A stretch of 64,000 nt of DNA from Myxococcota bacterium (lineage in GTDB: Bacteria; Myxococcota_A; Polyangia; Nannocystales; Nannocystaceae), in NCBI GenBank assembly GCA_039028615.1, contig JBCCHT010000001.1, forward strand, positions 64,001 to 128,000, in the 5' to 3' direction. How positions within the stretch are numbered: position 1 is the stretch's first letter; each line of letters starts with the position of its first letter. Below the pieces are notes generated by a model. It was not told the origin of the DNA and made no database searches. It was given only the letters and a program-made list of their open reading frames with translations. Made by a program: the position numbers and the translations under genes. Shown piece after piece: positions 1 through 10,392 of this stretch.

Positions 1-878
1 AGCCCGCGGGCACCAGGGATGCCGCGGCCCCAGCTTCGGTCGCCGACGCCGACCCGGCCCCCCCGAGCTCGAAGCCCTCGGCCCCCGAGTCCGACGTGAT
101 CCCGGCTGCGACCTCGCCCGAGGCGGCCGTCGCCTCCCCGACTGCGCCCGATCCGAGCGAGGGTCCGTGGCCCGACCTGCGGCTCGACGCGCTGCCGGAG
201 CCTGGGGCCGCCCCCGCCTCGATGGGCCAGAGCATCGGCAGCCCGCGCGATGGCGCCCTGCTCTCCCCCAAGCGTCTGCCCAACGGTCGCGATTACCTGA
301 TCAAGAACGAGAACACGGCCTGGGCCACGGACAACACCGTGGCCCACCTGACTGCGGCTTTGGCCTCGCTTCGGAAGAAGCACCCCACCATGCCGCGCGT
401 GGTGATCGGCGACCTCTCCACCCGTCGCGGAGGCCCGCTGTCGGGCCACACCTCGCACCAGAGCGGCCGAGACGTCGACGTGGGCCTCGTGCACCGGGGG
501 CGAGGCGAGGACATCCCCAACGACTTCATCGAGGGCACCCGCGAGAGTCTGGACCGGCGGGTCACCTTCGACCTCATCGCCGCGCTGGCAGCCACACGCG
601 ACGAGCCCACGGGGGTCGAGCTCATCGTGCTGGACTACGGGCTCCAGCGACAGCTACGGCGCGCGGCCGCGGCCCGGGGCATTCCCGAGGCCGAGCTCGA
701 GGCGCTGTTCCAGTACCCGCACGGGCCCGACTCCCGGCATGGCCTCATCCGCCACAAACCGGCGCACCGAGACCACCTGCACGTTCGCTTTCGCTGTCCC
801 GAAGACGATGCCTTCTGCCGCAGCCCGCTCATCGGGTTCGCGGGCATGGAAGCCGCCGACCCCGCCGCGGGGCTGTAG
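1..878 (+). CDS. Penicillin-insensitive murein endopeptidase (MepA-like), 5' partial, with Pro/Ala-rich linker
   Basis: Motifs IGDLS-x2-RGG-x3-GHTSHQSGRDVD and HRDHLHVR (LAS-type Zn peptidase). The frame is open back to the window edge. Confidence 0.8.
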   Translation, partial: PAGTRDAAAPASVADADPAPPSSKPSAPESDVIPAATSPEAAVASPTAPDPSEGPWPDLRLDALPEPGAAPASMGQSIGSPRDGALLSPKRLPNGRDYLIKNENTAWATDNTVAHLTAALASLRKKHPTMPRVVIGDLSTRRGGPLSGHTSHQSGRDVDVGLVHRGRGEDIPNDFIEGTRESLDRRVTFDLIAALAATRDEPTGVELIVLDYGLQRQLRRAAAARGIPEAELEALFQYPHGPDSRHGLIRHKPAHRDHLHVRFRCPEDDAFCRSPLIGFAGMEAADPAAGL

Positions 879-1010
879 CCGGCCGTCATCGCAGCGCTCC
901 GGGCCCGGGCGGCGGTGATGCAGCGGGCTCGACTGCGAGCGGGTCCAACCGACGTGCGTCCGAGCCCCCATTCGTGCAGCGCCCCTCGGTAGAGCGCACT
1001 GCATTTCACC

Positions 1011-1041
1011 CAACAAAAAGAGCCCCGCGCAGGCGGGGCTC
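1011..1041 (-). terminator. Rho-independent terminator of the nuo operon
   Basis: 9-bp stem GAGCCCCGC/GCGGGGCTC (1020-1041) with a 4-nt loop, followed by TTTTTGTTG on the minus strand, 25 nt after the nuoN stop. Confidence 0.85.
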
Positions 1042-1065
1042 GATTCGGAGACGGGCACGAACCGT

Positions 1066-3219
1066 CTAGGGCTTTGGCGGGGCCTTCGCGTCCGGCTTCG
1101 CGCCTGCCGGAGGCTTCGCGCCCGCCGGAGCCTTGCCATCGGGCTTCGCGCCTGCCGGAGGCTTCGCGCCTGCCGGAGGCTTCACCCCTGCCGGAGCCTT
1201 GCCGTCGGGCTTCTTCGCCCCCGGCGCAGCGGGAACCGGTCGGCCCTTGATGGTGGGTCCGCCAGCCTTGGCCTTGGCATCGCCAGCCTTGGCATCGCCA
1301 GCCTGGGCCTTCGCGTCGGGTACAGCCTTGGGCGCAGGCTTGGCATCCGCCTTGGCCTCGGCCTCACCCTCTTGCTCGGCCGCTTCGGCCTCGGCCGCGG
1401 CTTGCTCCCACTGGGCGCGGAGCTTGTCGACATGGTTGGCCTTGGCCTCCCCGGTGGGGATGCGGAAGCCGGACGCCGCGAGCCGACAGCGCTTCATCAT
1501 GCCGTCGGCACCGAGGCCGAGCAGCAGCGACAGCGAGGCGGCCAGCGCCAGCACCAACGGAGCACCCGCCCCGGGCACGTGCCCGATGTCGCGCTCCAGC
1601 GGCGGACGGAAGTACATGCTGACGATGAGCCGCAGGTAGTAGTAGGCACCCACCACCGAGTTCACCAGCGCGATGACGACCACGATCCGCAGGCTGGGAT
1701 CGGAGTGCTCGAAGGCGGAGCGGAACACGAAGAGCTTGCCGAAGAAGCCGGCCATGGGCGGCATGCCCATGAGCGCCAGCAGGCAGATCGTCATGCCCAG
1801 CGCCATGCCGGGGTGCTTGATGGCGAGGCCCGACCACTCGTGCGCGGAGGTGGCTTCCTTCTTGTCGCGACCCATCCACGCGACGGCAGCGAAGGCCCCC
1901 AGCGTGGCGATGGCGTAGCTCAGCACGTAAAAGAGTACCGAAGCCACCGCGGTATCGCCCGCGTTCATGGCCCAGGCGGACTCGTCGAGGCTGGCGATGT
2001 AGCCGCGGGTCGGGCGGTCGCCGTAGAAGCTGGCCGCGGCGACGATACCGACGAGCATGTAGCCGACGTGGGCGACCGAGGAGTACGCCAGCATGCGCTT
2101 GACGTTGGTCTGCCGCACCGCGGCGAGGTTGCCCACGACCATGGTGAGCACCGACAGCCACAGGACGATGGAGGCCCAGCCGTAGGGGTACTCGACCAGC
2201 CGCGGGATGACGAGCACGCCGACGAAGAGCTTGAGCAGCGCGGCGAGGCCACCGATCTTCACGCCCGCCGCCATGAAGGCGGTGGTGGGAGACGGCGCGC
2301 CCTCGTAGGCATCCGGCGTCCACATGTGGAAGGGCGCGGCGCTGATCTTGAACAGCAGCGCCCCGAGCACGAGCAGCACGCCCGGGATGAGCAGGGCGGC
2401 GGAGGCGATGCCCAGCGCGACCTTGTCGCGGGCCGTCTCGAGGACCGAGGCGGGCACCCCGGTGGGGTTGTCGACGAGCTCGACGTAGGTCTGCGAGGCG
2501 CCCCACTTGGTGAAGACAGTGCTGACCTCGTGCGACAGCTGGTCGAAGCTGGTCACCCCGGTGGCGCCGTAGATGAGCGCGATGCCCATCAGCAGCAGGC
2601 CGGAGGAGAACGCCCCCATCACGAAGTACTTGAGCGCGGCCTCGGGCGACTGCCGCGAGTTCCAGCGCGCGCCGACCATCACGTAGACCGCGATGGACAT
2701 GGTCTCGATGCCGAGGAACAGCGCGACCAGATCGTTGGCGTGGGCCAAGATCATCATGCCGAAGGCGGCGATGAGCACCAGGGCCTCGTGCTCGCCGTAC
2801 TCGAAGCGATGCGCCCGGCAGTACTCGTTGCCGAACATGATCACCGCGGCGGCGATGCCGATGATGGCCATGTCGAGCAGGAGCGAGAACTGGTCGACGA
2901 CCAAGAAGCCCGAGAAGACCTTCACGCCGCCGTCGTACTCGTAGTTGCCGAACTGGCCGAGCGCGATCAGCATGGCGATGGCCACGCCGATCATGGTCAG
3001 CGCCTTTTGATGGGCCCGCGTGCCAGGGCGCGCAAAGGCGTCGGCGACGAGGTCGATGATGGCCCACAGCCCGATGACCATCATCGGGGCCAGGTGGACC
3101 ATGTCGATCAGCGCTTGGCCGGACAGCGTGGGTCCAGCTTCGGCCGCGGTCGGAGCGGCGGCAGCCACGGCGAGGTCGGCGGGGACCTGTTTGATTGCGG
3201 GGGCGAACGCGAACATCAC
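1066..3219 (-). CDS. nuoN: NADH-quinone oxidoreductase subunit N with long Lys/Pro/Ala-rich C-terminal tail
   Basis: EAALKYFVMGAFSSG, FKISAAPFHMWTPDAYEGAP, KRMLAYSSVAHVGY, GMPPMAGFFGK. Last gene of the nuoJKLMN run. Confidence 0.95.
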   Translation of the reverse strand: MMFAFAPAIKQVPADLAVAAAAPTAAEAGPTLSGQALIDMVHLAPMMVIGLWAIIDLVADAFARPGTRAHQKALTMIGVAIAMLIALGQFGNYEYDGGVKVFSGFLVVDQFSLLLDMAIIGIAAAVIMFGNEYCRAHRFEYGEHEALVLIAAFGMMILAHANDLVALFLGIETMSIAVYVMVGARWNSRQSPEAALKYFVMGAFSSGLLLMGIALIYGATGVTSFDQLSHEVSTVFTKWGASQTYVELVDNPTGVPASVLETARDKVALGIASAALLIPGVLLVLGALLFKISAAPFHMWTPDAYEGAPSPTTAFMAAGVKIGGLAALLKLFVGVLVIPRLVEYPYGWASIVLWLSVLTMVVGNLAAVRQTNVKRMLAYSSVAHVGYMLVGIVAAASFYGDRPTRGYIASLDESAWAMNAGDTAVASVLFYVLSYAIATLGAFAAVAWMGRDKKEATSAHEWSGLAIKHPGMALGMTICLLALMGMPPMAGFFGKLFVFRSAFEHSDPSLRIVVVIALVNSVVGAYYYLRLIVSMYFRPPLERDIGHVPGAGAPLVLALAASLSLLLGLGADGMMKRCRLAASGFRIPTGEAKANHVDKLRAQWEQAAAEAEAAEQEGEAEAKADAKPAPKAVPDAKAQAGDAKAGDAKAKAGGPTIKGRPVPAAPGAKKPDGKAPAGVKPPAGAKPPAGAKPDGKAPAGAKPPAGAKPDAKAPPKP
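1075..1300 (-). repeat. Coding tandem repeats (KPPAGA / KPDGKA / DAKAG) in the NuoN tail
   Basis: Several near-identical 18-bp units such as ggcttcgcgcctgccgga in 1090-1200, and gccttggcatcgcca twice near 1270-1300. Confidence 0.8.
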
Positions 3220-4967
3220 TTCTGTCCTCCCTTGGCGGGCGCCGCCTTGGCCGGAGGCGGGGCAGCGGGGGGTGGGGCACCCCCGGCGGCGGGCTTGGCC
3301 GGCGCGGCCGCTGGGGTCGCGGCCTTGGGCGCGGGCGGGCTCGCCGACGAGCGCTGGTCGCCGTAGGTCTCACCGATCACCGCCTCGGGGTCGGTGCAGC
3401 GATCGAGCAGCGTATCGAGCAGGGCGGGCTTTTCGGCCAGCGAGTGCCGGATGGACGCGCAGCGCTTGAGGTTGAAGCGGGCCACCGCGGCCTGGGAGGT
3501 CGCGTCGATGCGCTCGAGGAAGGGCTTGGGATACACGCCCATCACGATGATGAGGACGATGAGCGGCAAGAACACCAGCTTCTCGCGGATGCTGAGGTCG
3601 GCCAGCGTCTCGTTTTTGGGGTTGGTGATCGGACCGAACATCAACCGCTGGAACAGGAAGAGCAGGTAGACCGCGCCGAGGATGACGCCCACCGCCGCAA
3701 TGGTCACCAGCACGGGTGCGTGCACCAGGGTGAGCCCGCCGCCCGTGAAGGTGCCGACGATGATCAGGAACTCACCGACGAAGCCGACGAGGCTGGGCAG
3801 CCCGGCCGAGCCGAGCATCGCGATCATGAAAAACGCGGTGAACCAGGGCATCACCTTGGCCAGCCCGCCGAACTCGGAGATGAGCCGGGTGTGGCGACGC
3901 TCGTAGATGATGCCGATGGACATGAACAAGGCGCCCGTCGTGAGACCGTGGGCCAGGCTCTGGTAGGTGGCGCCCGTGAAGCCCTGGGTGGTCACCGAGG
4001 CGATACCCAGCACGATGAAGCCCATGTGGCTCACCGAGGAGTACGCGACCAGCCGCTTGGCGTCGGTCTGCACGTAGGCGACCAGCGCCCCGTAGATGAT
4101 GCCGATGATGGCCAGGATGGCGAGGATCTGGGCGCCCTCGCCCGCCGCGAGCGGGAACAAGGGGAAGGCGAAGCGCAGCATCCCGTACGTGCCCAGCTTG
4201 AGCAGCACGCCGGCCAGGATGATCGAGCCCGGCGTGGGCGCCTGGGTGTGGGCGTCGGGCAGCCAGGTGTGCACGGGGAACAGCGGCACCTTGATGGCGA
4301 AGCTGGCCACGAACGCCCAGAAGCACAGCGCCTGAGCCTCGGGCGGCAACACCAGGGTGTCGAGCGCCATGAGGTCGAAGGTCCACACGCCACCCGTGGC
4401 CTGCCAGTGGGCGACGGCCAGGTAGATGATGGCGGCCAGCATCAGGGCCGAGCCGAGCATCGTGTAGATGAAGAACTTGATGGCGGCGGCCACCCGCTGC
4501 TCGGAACCCCAGACCCCGATGATGAGGTACATGGGGATGAGCATCAGCTCCCAGAAGGTGAAGAAAAGGATGAGGTCGAGGGCGACGAGCGCCCCGATCA
4601 TTCCGGTCTCGAGCACCAGCATGGAGACGACGAACTCGGCCCCCCGCTTCTCGATGGAGTTCCACGCGCCCCAGATGCACAGCGGGGTCAAAAGCGTGGT
4701 CAGCAGGATGATCCACAGCGAGAAGCCGTCGACACCCACGTGGTAGTTGATGCCGAACTCCGAGATCCACGGCACGTTGGTCTCGAACTGCATGCCGCCC
4801 TCCCCGACCACGAAGTTGGTGGCCAGGGGGATGGACATCAGGAACTGCAGCACGCCGAAGGCGATGCCCACCCCGTGCGCGAGCTTGGTCTCGGCCTTGG
4901 GGAGCGTCGCCACCACCAAGGCGCCCACGATGGGCAGAACGAGCAGAGCAGTGAGTAGGTGGTTCAC
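3216..4967 (-). CDS. nuoM: NADH-quinone oxidoreductase subunit M
   Basis: FWELMLIPMYLIIGVWG, IKVPLFPVHTWLPDAHTQAP, LVAYSSVSHMG, GFVGEF. Confidence 0.95.
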   Translation of the reverse strand: MNHLLTALLVLPIVGALVVATLPKAETKLAHGVGIAFGVLQFLMSIPLATNFVVGEGGMQFETNVPWISEFGINYHVGVDGFSLWIILLTTLLTPLCIWGAWNSIEKRGAEFVVSMLVLETGMIGALVALDLILFFTFWELMLIPMYLIIGVWGSEQRVAAAIKFFIYTMLGSALMLAAIIYLAVAHWQATGGVWTFDLMALDTLVLPPEAQALCFWAFVASFAIKVPLFPVHTWLPDAHTQAPTPGSIILAGVLLKLGTYGMLRFAFPLFPLAAGEGAQILAILAIIGIIYGALVAYVQTDAKRLVAYSSVSHMGFIVLGIASVTTQGFTGATYQSLAHGLTTGALFMSIGIIYERRHTRLISEFGGLAKVMPWFTAFFMIAMLGSAGLPSLVGFVGEFLIIVGTFTGGGLTLVHAPVLVTIAAVGVILGAVYLLFLFQRLMFGPITNPKNETLADLSIREKLVFLPLIVLIIVMGVYPKPFLERIDATSQAAVARFNLKRCASIRHSLAEKPALLDTLLDRCTDPEAVIGETYGDQRSSASPPAPKAATPAAAPAKPAAGGAPPPAAPPPAKAAPAKGGQK

Positions 4968-7324
4968 GGCTGACCTCCCGCGGCGGGCGAGTCGGGATTC
5001 TGAGCGGGCGGCGGCGTGGGGGGCCGGATGATCTGGCCCTGCTGTCGCCGGGTCGGCGCCGCTTGTTGGGGGTCCTCGGGGCCGAGCCGGAACAGCGGCA
5101 CGCCGAGGAACTCGACCTTGACCCGCTGCTCACCCAGGGTGCGCCGCAGGCCGATGTCCGGGTCGAGCGTCTCGTGGCCCTCGGCATCGACCTGGGTCAG
5201 GTCACCGCGGCTGATCGAGGGGTTGAGGTAGATGACGCCGAGCAGGATGGCGACGCCGACGAGCAGCGCCGACAGGTAGCGGCGAACGTTGCCGTTGTGC
5301 CAGCTCTTGACCAGGCTGCCGAGCAAACCGACCGCGCCCGAGGTGCCCTGCACCCCCAGCCCGTCGATGAACAGCATGTCGCCCACCTGGTACAGCAGGC
5401 TGCCGATGGCACGCACCGGCTTGACGATGAAGATGTCGTAGATTTCGTCGACCCAGTACTTGGCGTAGCTGGCTCGATAGAGCAGGCCCAAGCGCTCGCG
5501 GTAGCGGGCGGCGTCTTCGGAGGGGCCGTTTTGGTAGAGGCGGCGGGCGAAGACCCAGCCCGCGATGCCGATGCCCAGGCCGATGGCCATGCCCGTCAGC
5601 TCCATGCTGGCCGAGATGTGGCCCTCGTGGAGGAACTGGGACCGTACGCCGATCTGGAGGTCACCGACGAAGGTGGCCGACGTGGCCACGATGGGCTCGA
5701 GCCAATCGTGCAGCACGTGGGGGATGTGGAACGCCGCGGTGCCGCCCTCGGGGGCGTGCGGGTTGAACACGTGGGGCCAGCCGAGCAGGCCGCCCACCGC
5801 CGCCGCACCCGCCAGGATGACCAGCGGCAGCGACATGATCCAGTGCTCTTGGACGTAGTGGTGCCAGGTGTGGTGGTCGCCCCGGAACTTGCCCTCGAAG
5901 GTGAGGTAGTAGAGCCGGAACATGTAGAACGAGGTGCACAGCGCGGCGAGAGCCCCGAGCGTGTACACCAGGTAGTTCAGGTTCATGTCGCCCGGCGCGA
6001 ACAGCCCGTTGGACGTGTTGGCGTACACGTGCAGCAGGATTTCGTCCTTCGAGAAGAACCCGGCGAAGGGAATGATGCCCGCGATGGCCAGGCAGCTGAT
6101 GAAGAAGGTCTTGGCCGTGACCGGCATCTTCTCCTTCAGGCCGCCCATGGTGCGGATGTCCTGGTTGTGGTGGCAGGCCTCGATGACCGCGCCCGAGCCC
6201 AGGAACAAGCAGGCCTTGAAGAAGGCGTGCGTCACCAGGTGGAAGATGGCCGCGACCCAGGCCCCCATCCCCGCGGCCATGAACATGAAGCCGAGCTGGG
6301 AGACGGTGGAGTAGGCCAGGACCTTCTTGATGTCGTTTTGCGTGATGCCGATGGTGGCAGCAAACAGCGCCGTGGCCCCGCCCACGATGGCGATGACGCC
6401 CATGGTCATCGGTGCGAGCGCGAACAGGAAGTTCGTGCGCACGATGAGGTAGACGCCCGCGGTGACCATGGTGGCCGCGTGGATGAGCGCGGAGACCGGG
6501 GTGGGGCCGGCCATGGCGTCGGGCAGCCAGGTGAACAGCGGGATCTGAGCGCTCTTGCCCGTGCAGCCGACGAACAGGCACATCGTGGCCAGGGTGGCCA
6601 GCGGCACGCCGTACAGGGTGCTCGTGATGAACACCGAGTCGGGGCCCGAGGCGCAGGCGGCCTCGATCGAGTCGTAATCGAGGCTCCCGACGGCGTTGTA
6701 GATGATCAGCATCCCCAGGATGAACCCGAAGTCGCCGATGCGGTTGACGATGAAGGCCTTGCGTCCCGCGGTGGCCTTGGCGTCGTCGGTGAACCAGAAC
6801 CCGATGAGCAGGTAGGAGCAGACGCCCACGCCCTCCCAGCCCACGAAGGTCATGACCAGCGAGCCGCCCAGCACCAGGATGAGCATCGCGGCGCAGAACA
6901 GGTTCAGGTAGGCGAAGTAGCGCCCGTAGTCCGGGTCCTTCGCCATGTAGCCGACGCTGAAGATGTGGATCAGCAGGCCGACCCCGGTGATCACCAGGCA
7001 CATGACGGCCGACAGGTGATCGAGCACCAGGTCGAAGCCGACGTTCAGGTCCCCCGAGACGATCCACGGATAGACCGTGTCGACCAAGCGGGAGTAGCCC
7101 TGCCCCGGGCCCGCACCGACCATCGTCTCGAAGACGGCCTGGACGGTGTAGAAGCAGGAGAACGCGACCGCGCCGATGGCGACGAGGTGCACGATTTCCC
7201 GCCCGAGGCGGTCGCCGAAGCCCTTGAGCAGCGCGCGACCGAACAGCAGGTTGAACACCGCCCCCAGCAAGGGGAACAGCGGGATGAAGTGAAGGTTGAA
7301 CTCTGTCTCGTTCATCGGGACCAC
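4964..7324 (-). CDS. nuoL: NADH-quinone oxidoreductase subunit L
   Basis: GWEGVGVCSYLLIGFW, GKSAQIPLFTWLPDAMAGPTPVSALIHAATMVTAG, DIKKVLAYSTVSQLG, FFSKDEIL. Confidence 0.95.
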   Translation of the reverse strand: MVPMNETEFNLHFIPLFPLLGAVFNLLFGRALLKGFGDRLGREIVHLVAIGAVAFSCFYTVQAVFETMVGAGPGQGYSRLVDTVYPWIVSGDLNVGFDLVLDHLSAVMCLVITGVGLLIHIFSVGYMAKDPDYGRYFAYLNLFCAAMLILVLGGSLVMTFVGWEGVGVCSYLLIGFWFTDDAKATAGRKAFIVNRIGDFGFILGMLIIYNAVGSLDYDSIEAACASGPDSVFITSTLYGVPLATLATMCLFVGCTGKSAQIPLFTWLPDAMAGPTPVSALIHAATMVTAGVYLIVRTNFLFALAPMTMGVIAIVGGATALFAATIGITQNDIKKVLAYSTVSQLGFMFMAAGMGAWVAAIFHLVTHAFFKACLFLGSGAVIEACHHNQDIRTMGGLKEKMPVTAKTFFISCLAIAGIIPFAGFFSKDEILLHVYANTSNGLFAPGDMNLNYLVYTLGALAALCTSFYMFRLYYLTFEGKFRGDHHTWHHYVQEHWIMSLPLVILAGAAAVGGLLGWPHVFNPHAPEGGTAAFHIPHVLHDWLEPIVATSATFVGDLQIGVRSQFLHEGHISASMELTGMAIGLGIGIAGWVFARRLYQNGPSEDAARYRERLGLLYRASYAKYWVDEIYDIFIVKPVRAIGSLLYQVGDMLFIDGLGVQGTSGAVGLLGSLVKSWHNGNVRRYLSALLVGVAILLGVIYLNPSISRGDLTQVDAEGHETLDPDIGLRRTLGEQRVKVEFLGVPLFRLGPEDPQQAAPTRRQQGQIIRPPTPPPAQNPDSPAAGGQP

Positions 7325-7351
7325 CCTGACGAGGTCAGCGCCATACTCGCG

Positions 7352-7654
7352 TCAGTCGCGGAGAAGGCTGAGGTCGTCGATGTCCGTGCCCGTACGGGAA
7401 CGGAAGATACTGACCACGATGGCCAAGCCCACGGCCGCTTCGGCAGCCGCGACCGCAATGGTGAACATCGCGAGCACCTGTCCATCGAGGTTGCCGTGCA
7501 TGCGGGAGAACGCGACCAACATGATGTTGGCGGCGTTGAGCATCAGCTCGATGCTCATCAGCACGATGAGTACGTTGCGACGCAGCATCACGCCGAGCAG
7601 ACCAACGACGAACAGGCCGCTGGCGAGGTACAGGAAGTGAGTGATGGGAACCAC
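7352..7654 (-). CDS. nuoK: NADH-quinone oxidoreductase subunit K
   Basis: 100 aa; [12 protein letters not shown] and [12 protein letters not shown]. Confidence 0.95.
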   Translation of the reverse strand: MVPITHFLYLASGLFVVGLLGVMLRRNVLIVLMSIELMLNAANIMLVAFSRMHGNLDGQVLAMFTIAVAAAEAAVGLAIVVSIFRSRTGTDIDDLSLLRD

Positions 7655-7683
7655 GGATGGTCTCCTCCCGTCTCGACGAGTGG

Positions 7684-8355
7684 CTAGGTGCCGCCTTCGT
7701 GTCCGCCGGCCGACGGCACACCGAAATCGGTCTGAGGATGCGGACCGTCGACGAGCTCCTCGGGCTCGCTGAGGCCAGCGGCATGCATGGCATCGGGCGT
7801 CATGCCCGCGGCCACCGCTTCTTTTTCGCGCTCACGACGGCTCCGCGCCACCACGACCGCGCCGATGACCGCCGCCAGCAGCAGCAGGGACACCGCCTCG
7901 AACGCGAACAGGTAGTCGGTGAACAGCCGGCGGCCGACGGAGTTGGCCGAGCCGAAGTCGCCCGAGGGATCGAGCGGAACCCCCGGCGAGATGAACTGCT
8001 TGGACAGGGTCGCCAGCAGGACCCAGACCAAGAGGCCTCCGGCCAGCAACAGGGCGAGCGAATACCCGAAACGGCCCACTCTCGAGGGCCGTTTCGATTC
8101 GGCGTCGCCCGATTCGTCGACGTCGAGCACCATGATGACGAAGACGAACAGCACCATCATCGCGCCCGCGTAGACCAGCACCTGCAGCACGGCGAGGAAG
8201 CTGGCCGACAGCAGCACGTAGTTGACGGCCACCGCGAAGAAGGTGGCGACCAGCCAGACCGCGGCCACGACGGGGTTTTTGCGGGTCACGGTGGCGATGC
8301 CGGAGCCCATGGCGATCGCGGCAAACAGGTAGAAGACGATTTCGCTACCGCTCAC
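7684..8355 (-). CDS. nuoJ: NADH-quinone oxidoreductase subunit J
   Basis: [18 protein letters not shown] and [19 protein letters not shown] start at 8355 overlaps the nuoF TGA. Confidence 0.92.
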   Translation of the reverse strand: MSGSEIVFYLFAAIAMGSGIATVTRKNPVVAAVWLVATFFAVAVNYVLLSASFLAVLQVLVYAGAMMVLFVFVIMVLDVDESGDAESKRPSRVGRFGYSLALLLAGGLLVWVLLATLSKQFISPGVPLDPSGDFGSANSVGRRLFTDYLFAFEAVSLLLLAAVIGAVVVARSRREREKEAVAAGMTPDAMHAAGLSEPEELVDGPHPQTDFGVPSAGGHEGGT

Positions 8356-9731
8356 GGTGCCCCCTGCCCGGCACTGGCCCCTTGGGCCGCGGCGCGCTGC
8401 TGAGCCACGAAGGTGCTGCTGCGAATCTTCGCCTCGAACTCCCCGCGGAACTTGTGAAGGAAGGCCAGCGTGGGCCAAGCCGCCGCATCACCCAGGGCGC
8501 AGATGGTGTTGCCCGCGATGCCGTCGGCGATGGAGGCCGCCAGCTCCACGTCGCCGGGGCGGCCATTGCCCTGGTCGATGCGCTTGACGACCTTGGTCAG
8601 CCAGCCCGTGCCCTCGCGGCACGGCGTGCACTGCCCGCAGCTCTCGTCGGCGAAGAAGTGGAGGATGCGCCAGCAGGCCGAGACCATGTCGGTCTGGTCG
8701 TCCATGACCACGACCCCGCCGGAGCCGGCCATGGTCCGCAGGGTCTTGCCTCCGCCCAGGTCGAACTTGACCCCAGGCTGGACCTCGACCTCGGCGATGC
8801 GCGTGTCCGTCTGGAGCGCGTCGAACTCGAAGGGCACGTCGAGTTCGTCGGCGTTCAGCAAGGGCATCGAGACACCGCCGGGGATGACCCCCTTGACCTT
8901 GCGACCGTCTCGCATGCCGCCGCAGACGTCTTCGATGAGCTCGCGACCGGTGATGGTCAGCGGCAGCTCGTAGACGCCGGGCTTCTTGACGTGGCCACAG
9001 ACGCTGACGATGCGCAGGCCACCCGAGCGCCCCACCCCGAGGTCAGCGAACGCCTGGCCGCCGTTTTCGATGATCCAGGGCAGGTTGGCCAGCGTCTCGA
9101 CGTTGTTGACGATGGTCGGCTTGTCCCACAGGCCCTTGACCGCGGGGAACGGCGGCTTGAGCCGCGGCCAGCCGCGTCCGCCTTCGAGGCTGGACAGAAG
9201 CGCCGTCTCTTCGCCGCAGATGTACGCGCCCGCGCCCCGGTAGATGGTGATGTCCAGGTCGAGGTCACTGCCGAAGCAGCCCTCGCCCAAAAACCCCTTC
9301 TCGTAGGCTTGGTCGAGTGCCGCCTGAAAGACGGGGTACTCCCGCACCATCTCGCCGCGCATGTACACGTACGCGTTGCGAACACCCAAGCTCCGGGCCG
9401 CGATGATCATGCCCTCGATGAGCATGTGCGGGTTCCAGAACAGGATGTGGCGATCCTTGAAGGTGCCGGGCTCGCTCTCGTCGGCATTGACGACGAGATA
9501 GACCGTCTCGGAGCCCTTGGGGACGAAGCCCCACTTCATCCCCGTGGGGAAGCCTGCGCCACCACGACCTCGCAGATTGGAGGTCTTTACTTCGCTCAGG
9601 ATCGCACCGGGATCCATGCGCACTGCCTTGCGAGCAGCGGCATAGCCCCCGTGCTTGACGAAGTACTCGATGTCCTTGGCCTCGGGGACATCGAAGTGAT
9701 GACTGATGATCTTTTGATCGAACCAGCCCAC
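8352..9731 (-). CDS. nuoF: NADH-quinone oxidoreductase subunit F (FMN/NADH-binding)
   Basis: LRGRGGAGFPTGMKW, NADESEPGTFKDR, GAGAYICGEETAL, ESCGQCTPCREG, ICALGDA. Confidence 0.97.
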   Translation of the reverse strand: MGWFDQKIISHHFDVPEAKDIEYFVKHGGYAAARKAVRMDPGAILSEVKTSNLRGRGGAGFPTGMKWGFVPKGSETVYLVVNADESEPGTFKDRHILFWNPHMLIEGMIIAARSLGVRNAYVYMRGEMVREYPVFQAALDQAYEKGFLGEGCFGSDLDLDITIYRGAGAYICGEETALLSSLEGGRGWPRLKPPFPAVKGLWDKPTIVNNVETLANLPWIIENGGQAFADLGVGRSGGLRIVSVCGHVKKPGVYELPLTITGRELIEDVCGGMRDGRKVKGVIPGGVSMPLLNADELDVPFEFDALQTDTRIAEVEVQPGVKFDLGGGKTLRTMAGSGGVVVMDDQTDMVSACWRILHFFADESCGQCTPCREGTGWLTKVVKRIDQGNGRPGDVELAASIADGIAGNTICALGDAAAWPTLAFLHKFRGEFEAKIRSSTFVAQQRAAAQGASAGQGAP

Positions 9732-9737
9732 GGTTTT

Positions 9738-10274
9738 TCAGCTCCCTAGCTCGGTTGGAACTCGGCCGTCGTCGAGCGCATCGAGGATTTCGTCGATGCG
9801 TTCGAGGTCGAGGTTCTCGAAGTAGAAGGGAATGTCCGGCTTACCGCGCTCGGCAATTTGTGCCACCGGCCCGTAGCCGCATGCCGCCAGGCATTCGACC
9901 TCGGAGAGCGTCACATTGTCGTTGTCGGTGGTGCCGTGGTTTTCGACGCCCAGTCGCTGCTTGCAGTGACTGAAGACTTCATAGGCGCCGGTAATCTGAC
10001 AGCCGATGTTCGTGCAGACTTGCAGGTGGAATCGCCCCACCGGCTTCTTGTTGAACATCGTGTAAAAGGTCGCGGTTCCGCGCACTTGAGCCGCGGGCAG
10101 CTCGAGGCGCTCCGCGACCAGGTCGACGACCTCATCGTCGACCATGCCGAACTGCTGCTGGGCGAGATACAGGACCGGGATACACAGCGCTTTGGCTGCG
10201 TTCTCCGGGGGGAAACGCGGCCACAGCTGTTGGATGCGAGCCTCGATCTCAGGGGAGAGTTGCTTGTTCGTCAC
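9738..10274 (-). CDS. nuoE: NADH-quinone oxidoreductase subunit E ([2Fe-2S] N1a)
   Basis: ATFYTMF, VCTNIGC and ECLAACGYGP. Start placed at GTG 10274 (the ORF is open to 10325). Confidence 0.92.
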   Translation of the reverse strand: MTNKQLSPEIEARIQQLWPRFPPENAAKALCIPVLYLAQQQFGMVDDEVVDLVAERLELPAAQVRGTATFYTMFNKKPVGRFHLQVCTNIGCQITGAYEVFSHCKQRLGVENHGTTDNDNVTLSEVECLAACGYGPVAQIAERGKPDIPFYFENLDLERIDEILDALDDGRVPTELGS

Positions 10275-10392
10275 CTTAGGTCTCAGCCGTCGCGCACGGT
10301 AGGATGGTGCCACCGACTTAGTCAACCCGGGGACGGCGCGGTGGCCACAGGGAGACTCGCAAAGGCCGCGTGCGCGACATCGTTTGCGGGGT

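Noticed and set aside
1075..1300. Repeats as a CRISPR array
   Set aside because: In-frame 15-18 bp coding repeats with no unique spacers, and no cas genes in the window.
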